A stretch of DNA of 64,000 nucleotides from an uncultured Robinsoniella sp. (GTDB taxonomy: Bacteria > Bacillota > Clostridia > Lachnospirales > Lachnospiraceae), in NCBI GenBank assembly GCA_965150505.1, contig CBCTVZ010000001.1:3488-67487 (forward strand), written 5' to 3'. The notes under the pieces are model-generated. The model worked only from the letters and a program-made list of their open reading frames with translations. It did no database searches and was not told where the DNA came from. The stretch's first letter is position 1; each line of letters opens with the position of its first letter. Both the position numbers and the translations under genes were made by a program. Shown one piece after another: positions 26,992 through 35,215 of this stretch.

Positions 26992-28023
26992 CTATAGTAT
27001 CAAATAAATTCCGCCCAGAACAATCGACGGTATCAGGCATAAAACAGCCGGCCATACTGTTCGGATCGTTCTTCTTCTGATCAATTCTGCAAGGGAAAAT
27101 GCTCCCAGAACAAATGGCCCTAATACTACGCCCATAGAAGATACCATACATCCTGAACACATCAACAAAAACATGATAAACCATTCTGACCAATTTTCTT
27201 TTTTCTCATAAAGGCGAAATGCAAACAGAAAGATTGCCGGTATTAAAATCGCTGATAAGATTGCTTTTCCTTGCCAGATGCGAAACAGTAAAAAACTAGA
27301 AGAAGTATATATGCTGAAGTTTCCAAACACATTCAAAAAACTGATGGTTACGACAAAAAATGCTGCTTTTTTTTCGTCCCCTGTCAATTCTTTCCCCATT
27401 TTATAATAAATCAGGTAAGCAACTGCTATCAAAATCACTGGAAAAATGGTATGCGCTGTGATCGTTGGATGAATATGGATCAACTCTGCAAAATATGCTG
27501 TAAAAATTGGAAAGGATGACAGCGCATACCTCGTTGGCAGTCCATTCAGCGGCATTCCTGTATAACTTGAAAAGCGATACATGGAATCTGTCTTCAGCGT
27601 TGTAACGGCTGTTGCCACATAAAAAGCATCATCTGCATCTTCATGTACATAAAATACAAGAATAAAAATCTGCGCCGCTACGGCTAGGACGGCAAGCACA
27701 GCCCAAAAATTTATTTTTCTTATTGACCTGCCGACACTTTTTATCATCTGTAAAAACTGATATCGAAATACAAGAACGGCTATAACTGCCATCCCTGAAA
27801 AAAAGACATGGCAGACTATCCGCAAAATATGATATGGCACTTTTAACAGCGTCATCGGAACACACAAGATTTCAAACCATGCAAGAATAAAAATCCATCC
27901 GCTTATATAATTTAAAATCAATCCATCTTTTTCTTTTCCCCAGTGTGTACACCACGTTCCCAAACAAAGCGGAAAAATACCTGCTGCCACTAGCAGTATG
28001 ATTGCCTTCCAAACTACACTCAT
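26992..28023 (-). CDS. Polytopic membrane protein, GT-C-like (candidate extracytoplasmic glycosyltransferase)
   Basis: ~10 TM segments. An acidic motif HEDADDAFYVATA follows an early TM hairpin, resembling the first-loop DxD/DD motif of GT-C enzymes. Confidence 0.4.
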   Translation of the reverse strand: MSVVWKAIILLVAAGIFPLCLGTWCTHWGKEKDGLILNYISGWIFILAWFEILCVPMTLLKVPYHILRIVCHVFFSGMAVIAVLVFRYQFLQMIKSVGRSIRKINFWAVLAVLAVAAQIFILVFYVHEDADDAFYVATAVTTLKTDSMYRFSSYTGMPLNGLPTRYALSSFPIFTAYFAELIHIHPTITAHTIFPVILIAVAYLIYYKMGKELTGDEKKAAFFVVTISFLNVFGNFSIYTSSSFLLFRIWQGKAILSAILIPAIFLFAFRLYEKKENWSEWFIMFLLMCSGCMVSSMGVVLGPFVLGAFSLAELIRRRTIRTVWPAVLCLIPSIVLGGIYLIL

Positions 28024-28061
28024 TTTTCCCTCATCGCTCTACTTTATTTTTTCTTAATTGC

Positions 28062-30263
28062 CTAATAATTCAAACATACGCCATACTGTGAAAAGCGATA
28101 CCATCTGCCATTGATATATAAATTCTCTGATTTTGCCATTGTTCCATCTGCTTTCAGATAATATCGATTTCCATTTAACTGCGCCCAGCAGCTTCTGACC
28201 ATATGACCGTTTCCTACTCTGAAATAATATCTGTCATTTCCGATATTAACCCATCCATGCTGACGAACGCCATTGCTGTCATAATACAGCTTGCTGCTTC
28301 CAAGTGTCAGCCATCCACTTACACGGCGGCCATATCTATTTACATAATAATACTTTCCATTTAATTTCAGATGTTTGCTGATTGCCATAGATCCATCTTT
28401 TTGCAGATAATACCACTTTGTGCCGTATTTCACCCATCCAAACTGCATGACTCCTCTGCTGTTCATAAAATATTTTTTCCCATTAATGGTATTCCATCCA
28501 GATTTTACAACTCCATCTGTATGGAAATGGTGATAATATCCGTCTGGCAATTTCCAGCGTCCCGTCAGCATCGTACCGTATCGGTTAAAATAATATAAAT
28601 CTCCGTCAATGCGGTACCATCCTTTGACCATCTTTAGATCTTCTGTGTAATATCTCGTCTTGCCGTTGACTACATTAAATCCCGGTCGAATCGTTCCCGT
28701 GTTTTTCTTCTTCAGTCCATAATACTCTGCGATTGCCTTGGCATCTGCAACGCCTAAAGCTCTAATCTTCGCATCGCTTCCATAATATTTTTCACAATCA
28801 GATGGGTTGCTTACAAATCCATGTTCCACAATCATACTTGGAAGATTTGCAAGGATTCCATAGCGCACGATTGCCATATAGTCAGATGGCTGTCCATTTG
28901 GATATTTGCCTCCGTCATCGCTTTCCTGAATCAAAAAGCCCATATTTTTCAATCCAATACTGCCCAATTTTGAAAGGATCTCATTTGCAATCGCCTTTGC
29001 CTCGTTTGCCACATCTGGACGATACTTTCCATTTGACACATATACAAGCGCTCCTGAAACCGTCGTCTGTGTCTGGGCAGTTGAATTAATATGCTGACTG
29101 ATCAGCACATCGCCTCCTACAGAAACGGCATAATCTACTCGCTCTTTTAATCCCACATAGACATCGGACGTTCTTGTCATGTAGACACGAACTCCTTCAT
29201 ATGTCTCTAATTCTTCTTTTGTAGCCTGTGATATTTTCAGCGCAATGTCTTTTTCCACATATGTTATCCCATTCCATGTGCGGGAAGCGCCTCCGTCATA
29301 TCCGCCATGTCCTGGATCTAAGACAACTACAACACTTCCATTTGCTCTGGAAAGATCTGAATTACCGCCCTGTGCACCTGCTGCATCCATAATACTTCCG
29401 ATCTGTGAAGCGTCAGCTGCTACCAGTCCTGTATCTTCTCCACTATATTGCGCTACTTCTACTGTGCCTTCCTCCTGAAAGGAATCCGTTGAAGTTTCCT
29501 TACTGCTGATAAATTCAGGAATGGAACAGATGGTATCTTTTCCGTCTATCGTCAAAGAAAGGCTCTGAAGATCCCCTTGCGTTAAAACCTTGCCTTCCAC
29601 TAAAAAAGCAATATAATCTTCTGCAATCTCCACACAAGATAAATTTACGTTCTGACCAGAAGACGGATCTACATATGATAAAGAAGCGCTTTCTAAGACT
29701 CCTCCTGCTAAATCCACCTGAAAAACAATCGCCTGCGCTACTTCTTCCTCTGCCGGCTGTCCTAAATACATCATTACAATTTCAGGCGTTTTCTCTTCTG
29801 TCTCGGTTTCGCTTTCTGTTTCCGTTTCACTCTCTGTTTCCGTTTCGCTCTCTGTTTCCGTTTCACTTTCCGTTTCGCTTTCTGTTTCCGTTTCGCTTTC
29901 TGTCTGTGTTTCGCTCTCCGTCTCTATTTCGCTTTCCGTCTGCGTTTCGCTCTCTGTTTCCGTTTCGCTTTCCGTCTGCGTTTCGCTTTCTGCCTGCGTT
30001 TCGCTTTCCGTCTGTGTTTCGCTTTCTATCTGCGTTTCACTTTCCGTCTGTGTTTCGCTTTCTATCTGCGTTTCACTTTCCGTCTGCGTTTCCAACTGTT
30101 CTGTGATACTTTCCGTTTCCTGACTTGTTTCATATAATTGACCTTCAGAAGAAATACCCTCTGCCTGCAATACCGCTCCAAAAATATTACATAATAGCAG
30201 GATACAGATTATAAAACCTGCAATACGTCTCATATATGGTTTTTTCCCTATGTCGTGTTTCAT
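28062..30263 (-). CDS. Secreted N-acetylmuramoyl-L-alanine amidase (Amidase_3) with an acidic Ser/Thr/Glu repeat linker and C-terminal cell-wall binding repeats
   Basis: Signal peptide MRRIAGFIICILLLCNIFGAVLQAEG and a (SETQTE/SETETE)n tract. The catalytic region reads VVVLDPGHGGYDGGA...ISQHINS. There are ~10 C-terminal GW..(I/L)(N/D)G..YYF..G.M repeats (CW_binding_1 type). Confidence 0.9.
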   Translation of the reverse strand: MKHDIGKKPYMRRIAGFIICILLLCNIFGAVLQAEGISSEGQLYETSQETESITEQLETQTESETQIESETQTESETQIESETQTESETQAESETQTESETETESETQTESEIETESETQTESETETESETESETETESETETESETETESETETEEKTPEIVMMYLGQPAEEEVAQAIVFQVDLAGGVLESASLSYVDPSSGQNVNLSCVEIAEDYIAFLVEGKVLTQGDLQSLSLTIDGKDTICSIPEFISSKETSTDSFQEEGTVEVAQYSGEDTGLVAADASQIGSIMDAAGAQGGNSDLSRANGSVVVVLDPGHGGYDGGASRTWNGITYVEKDIALKISQATKEELETYEGVRVYMTRTSDVYVGLKERVDYAVSVGGDVLISQHINSTAQTQTTVSGALVYVSNGKYRPDVANEAKAIANEILSKLGSIGLKNMGFLIQESDDGGKYPNGQPSDYMAIVRYGILANLPSMIVEHGFVSNPSDCEKYYGSDAKIRALGVADAKAIAEYYGLKKKNTGTIRPGFNVVNGKTRYYTEDLKMVKGWYRIDGDLYYFNRYGTMLTGRWKLPDGYYHHFHTDGVVKSGWNTINGKKYFMNSRGVMQFGWVKYGTKWYYLQKDGSMAISKHLKLNGKYYYVNRYGRRVSGWLTLGSSKLYYDSNGVRQHGWVNIGNDRYYFRVGNGHMVRSCWAQLNGNRYYLKADGTMAKSENLYINGRWYRFSQYGVCLNY
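29796..30092 (-). repeat. In-frame tandem 12-nt (and 24/36-nt) periodic repeat encoding the E/S/T-rich linker of the amidase
   Basis: The plus strand reads GTTTCGCTTTCTGTTTCCGTTTCACTCTCTG... and similar units for ~300 nt. Confidence 0.9.
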
Positions 30264-30314
30264 AAGTACTCCTTTCCTTAAACTTTACTCCTGTTATTTT
30301 TAAGAATTTATTTC

Positions 30315-30343
30315 ATTATAAAGTATCCTTGTTTTTTTGTCAA
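30315..30343 (-). promoter_or_regulatory. Perfect-consensus sigma-A promoter of the amidase gene
   Basis: The minus strand reads TTGACA (30343-30338), a 17-nt spacer AAAAAACAAGGATACTT, then TATAAT (30320-30315). It lies ~50 nt upstream of the ATG at 30263. Confidence 0.65.
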
Positions 30344-30472
30344 TTTTTTGTAACAATTTTGTAATTTTTGTTTCTATTCATTACTTTTATTTTTCTTTTT
30401 TGCGTGATATTTTCTTTTTATCTGACAAGCATTGATAAAGTCTTAAGATTTTTTAAGAAGCTTTAAACTTAA

Positions 30473-30501
30473 TTGAAAATTTTTTTACTTTATAGTATAT
30501 T
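30473..30501 (+). promoter_or_regulatory. Candidate sigma-A promoter of the L,D-transpeptidase gene
   Basis: TTGAAA (30473-30478), a 17-nt spacer, then TATATT (30496-30501). It lies ~80 nt upstream of the ATG at 30582. Confidence 0.4.
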
Positions 30502-30581
30502 TAATATTAAGAAGAGAGTTTTCGTTTTCTTCTCTTCTCTTTCCATTCCATAAACAAATTATTTTTTAAGAAAGGAGTTTT

Positions 30582-32657
30582 ATGAAAAAGTATCACTTAT
30601 TATCTATTTTATGTGCTGCGACCTGTCTTGCACTTGGAGCGCCATTGATCAGCGCAGCATCAGAATATCCTTCTTCTCTTTCTGAACGTTCTGTCCAAGA
30701 AGTTGGTTGGAGAAAAGATGCAAAAGGCGAATATTATGCTTCCAAAGAAAATTATACCGGACCGATTCAATTACCGGATGGTATTTATTATTTGAAAGAT
30801 GGATATAAACAAAAAGGGGCAATTAAAGTACAAATTGGTCAAAATATTTTAAAACATGGAGAGTTTTATTATTTTGATCCTGTTTTAAGCGGTCGTCTTC
30901 GCACAGGATGGTCTGGTCCTATGAAACCTTCTTCCTCCAACTCTTGGTATTATTTCAATACAGACGGTCGCCTGTCTACAGGATGGAGTACTAATTTAAA
31001 AGGAGAACGTTTTTATGGCGATCCTTCTGATGCTCATCTGTTCTGCAATGGAAGCACAACAAAACGCATTCCTGGTTATAGCGGAAAATTCTTAGTCTTT
31101 GATAAACAATGCCGTCTCGTATGCAATCAAGTTTATCAATTTAACGGCAAAACTTATTACTTAAATGCAGATGGAATTGGTTCTCCAGGTGTCGTACCTT
31201 ACGGAAATCAGATGAAAGCCTTCAACAGTATGGGATCTTTGATTCTTGGAAAGAAAGGACCTTATACCATCAATGGCAAATCTTATTTTCTGGACGGCGC
31301 TGGCAACTGTCTGAGAGGCTACAAAAGAGATCCAAACACTGGAAAATATTATTATGCTAAACTTGATTATACGCTGATGAAGAGCGAACTCCATGGTATC
31401 AATGGAAAAATCTTCTATTTCAACCGCTATGGAACGCGTGTTTCTAACACAAGAACTACTGTCGATGGAAAGACGTATTATTTTGGTTCTGACGGCGCTG
31501 CTGTCAAGAATAAATGGATAACGATCAGCGGAAAGAAATACTACTTTAATACAAAAGGCATTTTGGTTAAGGATAGCCTGATTCGTTATAACAATCGTCT
31601 TTACTATGTCCGCACAGACGGTTCTCTGATCATGGATGCTCATTTCTCCCGCAATGGAAAAAATTATTGGGCAAGTGCAAGCGGCGCTCTTTTAACTGGA
31701 TGGCAGAAATATGGCGGTCATATGTTCTACTTTGATCCTAAGACGGGAGCAAAAATGCGCGGTCTTGTAACGATCAACGGCGGATTGTACTATCTCGACG
31801 GCAGTGGCAAGAAAAAAACAGGTCTTATCACAACAGGCGGAAAAACATATTACCTGTATGGTGATGGAACAGCAAAGACAGGATGGCTGGAATCTGGCGG
31901 AAAAAAATTCTATTTTGATCCATCCTCAAAAGCAATGATAAAAAATGGATGGGCTTCTGACGGAACTGGCTATTACTATATGGGTTCTGACGGTTCTATG
32001 CAGTCAAACTGCTGGAAACAAATCGGCAATAACTGGTATTATCTCCAGCATGATGGAAAACGAGCGGTCGGCTGGATGGCGATTGACAATTACCGCTATT
32101 ACTTTGGTTCTAATGGTGTAATGTATACAGGCGTTCATGTCATTGACGGTGTTACATATGATTTTGGTTCTACAGGCGCAATTCCTCTGACAGGTGAATA
32201 TACGATCCGCGTCAATCGACTGATGAACTGTATCACAATTTATCGCGGTGGAATCCCTTGTAAGGCAATCGTATGTTCCACAGGTCTTGTCCTCGGATGG
32301 ACTCCGGCTGGCCATTTCCAGCTTTTGGATAAGCTTCGCTGGCATACGTTAGACGGTCCAAGTTATGGGCAGTATTGTTCCCATATCACACCTGATATCT
32401 TATTCCACTCTGTTCCATATTATCAGATGGACAATCATACGTTAAAAGCAGATTACTACAATAAACTTGGAGATCCTGCTTCAGCCGGCTGTATCCGTCT
32501 GACTTGCGGCGATGCAAAATGGATGTATGATAACTGTCCGATTGGAACGGATGTCTATATCTACGATGATGCTAGTTCACCTGGACCTCTTGGAAAACCT
32601 GTGCCGATTCGTATTCCTCTGACACAGAATTACGATCCGACTGATCCAAATCTTTAA
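30582..32657 (+). CDS. Secreted protein with ~20 cell-wall binding repeats and a C-terminal YkuD-type L,D-transpeptidase domain
   Basis: Signal peptide MKKYHLLSILCAATCLALGAPLISAAS, then repeated G(K)(T/K)YYF...G....GW units. The C-terminus reads HSVPY...GDPASAGCIRL, matching the catalytic His ... SxGC(I/V)R motif. Confidence 0.85.
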   Translation: MKKYHLLSILCAATCLALGAPLISAASEYPSSLSERSVQEVGWRKDAKGEYYASKENYTGPIQLPDGIYYLKDGYKQKGAIKVQIGQNILKHGEFYYFDPVLSGRLRTGWSGPMKPSSSNSWYYFNTDGRLSTGWSTNLKGERFYGDPSDAHLFCNGSTTKRIPGYSGKFLVFDKQCRLVCNQVYQFNGKTYYLNADGIGSPGVVPYGNQMKAFNSMGSLILGKKGPYTINGKSYFLDGAGNCLRGYKRDPNTGKYYYAKLDYTLMKSELHGINGKIFYFNRYGTRVSNTRTTVDGKTYYFGSDGAAVKNKWITISGKKYYFNTKGILVKDSLIRYNNRLYYVRTDGSLIMDAHFSRNGKNYWASASGALLTGWQKYGGHMFYFDPKTGAKMRGLVTINGGLYYLDGSGKKKTGLITTGGKTYYLYGDGTAKTGWLESGGKKFYFDPSSKAMIKNGWASDGTGYYYMGSDGSMQSNCWKQIGNNWYYLQHDGKRAVGWMAIDNYRYYFGSNGVMYTGVHVIDGVTYDFGSTGAIPLTGEYTIRVNRLMNCITIYRGGIPCKAIVCSTGLVLGWTPAGHFQLLDKLRWHTLDGPSYGQYCSHITPDILFHSVPYYQMDNHTLKADYYNKLGDPASAGCIRLTCGDAKWMYDNCPIGTDVYIYDDASSPGPLGKPVPIRIPLTQNYDPTDPNL

Positions 32658-32679
32658 TTAAAAAAGTAAATTGATGAAA

Positions 32680-32735
32680 AAAAGAACTGCTTCGGGATGA
32701 GGGTTTTATCCTTCCCCAAAAGCAGTTCTTTTCTC
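32680..32735. terminator. Bidirectional terminator between the convergent L,D-transpeptidase and HPr genes
   Basis: Stem AAAAGAACTGCTT (32680-32692) pairs with AAGCAGTTCTTTT (32719-32732). It is flanked by A-runs and T-runs on both sides. Confidence 0.55.
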
Positions 32736-32739
32736 GTCT

Positions 32740-33012
32740 CTATTCTATTTCTTCGCCAAGCCCCTCTGAGATAATCTGAATCATCTCCTGCAATGCTTCT
32801 TTTTCATCGATTCCTTCGCATACAAATTCAATTTCATCTCCATATTGAACTTTCGCGCTCAAAACATTTAAAAGACTCTTTGCATTGACCGTCTTATTTC
32901 CGGCTGTAAAGGTGATGATGGCTTCATATTTTGCCGCTTCCCTGCACATCTGTGTTACAGGTCTCATATGCAGCCCTTTTTTGTTTTTAATGGTCACTTT
33001 TTGACTTACCAT
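32740..33012 (-). CDS. HPr-family phosphocarrier protein with both His15 and Ser46 positions present
   Basis: KKGLHMRPVTQM (His15 context) and VNAKSLLNVLS (Ser46 context). 90 aa. The RBS is GGGGAG. Confidence 0.8.
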   Translation of the reverse strand: MVSQKVTIKNKKGLHMRPVTQMCREAAKYEAIITFTAGNKTVNAKSLLNVLSAKVQYGDEIEFVCEGIDEKEALQEMIQIISEGLGEEIE

Positions 33013-33044
33013 ATTGATCTCTCCCCTATTTAGCGACTATCCTA

Positions 33045-34343
33045 TTACTTGTCCGAATTGGTTTCTTCCACATTGACATAAATCATAACAGGTGAGACAA
33101 GCTCATATCCATCCGGCAATTCTACTTCTACCGGTACACTGTATGTGCCGGCAGCCTGATAATCTGTCAGATCCACAGAAGCCTTTATCTGATCTGCCGT
33201 CAGCATGGAAGTCAATGCGTCCGCTTTTCCTGTAGAGCGCACTCCGATCATCAGCTGATCTGCCGGTGTAAATACCAGATTTTTATTTTTCGGATATGAG
33301 ATAATATTTAACTGCGATACCGGAAAAGCAACTGTGCTGTCTCCCCATTTCTCAATTTTTACCTTTACTGTGATAAAAGGCTCTGTTCCAGATTCCAACT
33401 TCAAATTCTTTTCCTGCAGAATCTCTGTTATGTCAATCTCTGTCTCCATGTCTTCTGTTATTCCTTCTACTGAGACAATATCTTCAATTTTCAGTGAAGA
33501 TCCCATATCTTTTAATGCTTTTTCTGATCCTGCAATATTTAAAGTTTCCGGTGTTGTCGAGATCTCTGTGATATGATATCCGTCTGCCGGTGTGCTTTTT
33601 GGAATAATTTTAATTGGAACTCCATTTTTAATCGGCCACAATTTCACATCCACATCTACTTTTCCTTCAGAGATTACTGCTCCTTCCATCGTCTTTAATT
33701 CCAGACTATTCATCTGCGTCTCCGTAAATGGAGCTCCATTTTTATCTGTAATTTTAATGGAGGAAGCTACCGTTCGATCTGAAGAATACCCCTGCACGGA
33801 TACAGGGACAGAAACTTTTCCAATAATTTTCAATAAACTTTCTGCGCCTGCTACATAAATCTTTTTTCCCTGAACCGCTTCCATGGATGCAATCTCGTAC
33901 CCTTTCGCCGGTTTTCCTGTTTTTTCTACATTCAGCACAAATTCCTGTTCTTTTTTATTTTCCAGTTCAATCTTCAATGATGGGGGAAGAATCTTTATTT
34001 TATCTTGCGTAATTTTTCCATTGCTGCATTCAACAATAATCGGAATCGCACCTACCGCTTCATTCAGATTTTCAAAATCGGCAATCGCCTTAAAATCGGA
34101 TGCTCTTAAACTCTGAATGACGGATTTTCTGGCTGTCACCCAGATTGTCACCTCATCTGTATTGTCAATTACACGATAAACTTTTCCTGCCTCATCTAGT
34201 TTCTCTTTATTTTCTATTGTCACCGTCACATTGAACGGCTGTGTCTTTTCCGGATCATCCGTATTCACTACCATAAGCCATATCCCAAAGGCCACAAGAA
34301 CAGAAATTATTTTTAACCCGATATTGTTCCAAGTCAGCTTCAC
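33045..34343 (-). CDS. cdaR: YbbR-domain protein CdaR (regulator of diadenylate cyclase CdaA)
   Basis: N-terminal TM anchor followed by repeated YbbR-like beta domains. It overlaps the cdaA stop by 4 nt, the canonical synteny. Confidence 0.8.
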   Translation of the reverse strand: MKLTWNNIGLKIISVLVAFGIWLMVVNTDDPEKTQPFNVTVTIENKEKLDEAGKVYRVIDNTDEVTIWVTARKSVIQSLRASDFKAIADFENLNEAVGAIPIIVECSNGKITQDKIKILPPSLKIELENKKEQEFVLNVEKTGKPAKGYEIASMEAVQGKKIYVAGAESLLKIIGKVSVPVSVQGYSSDRTVASSIKITDKNGAPFTETQMNSLELKTMEGAVISEGKVDVDVKLWPIKNGVPIKIIPKSTPADGYHITEISTTPETLNIAGSEKALKDMGSSLKIEDIVSVEGITEDMETEIDITEILQEKNLKLESGTEPFITVKVKIEKWGDSTVAFPVSQLNIISYPKNKNLVFTPADQLMIGVRSTGKADALTSMLTADQIKASVDLTDYQAAGTYSVPVEVELPDGYELVSPVMIYVNVEETNSDK

Positions 34344-35215
34344 TTACTCCACCCCTTCCATAATTTAAACTTTTTGGTATCGATGGATTTATTCTGCACG
34401 ATCACAAGCTGTTGTTTCAAAACTTCCGGCGTAACAGCGCGCATTAATTTTCCTTTCAATGCAATCGAAATATTTCCTGTTTCCTCTGATACAATAATCG
34501 TCAGAGAATCCGTCACTTCACTGACTCCGACTCCAGCGCGATGTCTTGTACCCAGCTCTTTGCTCAATTCCATATTGTCAGACAATGGCAGATAACACGT
34601 TGCCGACACAATTCGATCTCCTCTGACGATAATAGCGCCATCATGGAGAGGGGTATTATGCTCAAATATATTGATCAAAAGCTGACTTGTCAGGATAGAA
34701 TCCAAAGCAATACCTGTTCTCTCAAACTCTGCCAGACTCACATTTTGTTCAATTACAATCAAAGCTCCTGTCTTTGCCTTTCCCATCTCCACACAGCCTT
34801 TTACAATCTCATTGATCGTCTTATCTGTAAACCGCTGTTTTACCTCTTTTGAATTTTCAAACGGAATCCATGATGAGAAAAACTTTTTCTCTCCAAGCTG
34901 TTCCAACGCTCTTCTAAGTTCTGGCTGAAAGATGACAAGCGCCGCTACAATCGCCATATCTAATCCTTTTGTGATAATGTACATAATCGTATCCATCTGG
35001 CATATTTTCGCAATTAAGATAAACATACAGATAAATACAATTCCTTTTAGCAAGGTCCATGCCCGTGTGTCTTTGATCCAAAGCAGAATGCGATATACAA
35101 TGATGGACAATATAATAATTTCCAAAATGTCCGTCAAAGAAATATGGACAGCCGGCACAGAAAGCCATGATAAATATTTAATAAAAAAATTTCTGACCGC
35201 ACTCATATATCTCAT
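34340..35215 (-). CDS. cdaA: Membrane-anchored diadenylate cyclase CdaA
   Basis: Three N-terminal TM helices and a DAC domain: GALIVIE, TPLHDGAIIV, LGTRHRAGVGVSEVTDSLTIIVSEETG. Confidence 0.93.
   Translation of the reverse strand: MRYMSAVRNFFIKYLSWLSVPAVHISLTDILEIIILSIIVYRILLWIKDTRAWTLLKGIVFICMFILIAKICQMDTIMYIITKGLDMAIVAALVIFQPELRRALEQLGEKKFFSSWIPFENSKEVKQRFTDKTINEIVKGCVEMGKAKTGALIVIEQNVSLAEFERTGIALDSILTSQLLINIFEHNTPLHDGAIIVRGDRIVSATCYLPLSDNMELSKELGTRHRAGVGVSEVTDSLTIIVSEETGNISIALKGKLMRAVTPEVLKQQLVIVQNKSIDTKKFKLWKGWSK

Noticed and set aside
29675-30106. A 143-aa plus-strand ORF with a striking FRF/LFPF periodic sequence. I also considered whether the periodic DNA could be a CRISPR-like array.
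   Set aside because: It is the antisense reading of the amidase E/S/T repeat. The period is 12 nt with no unique spacers and it lies inside a well-supported CDS, so it is not a CRISPR array or a separate gene.
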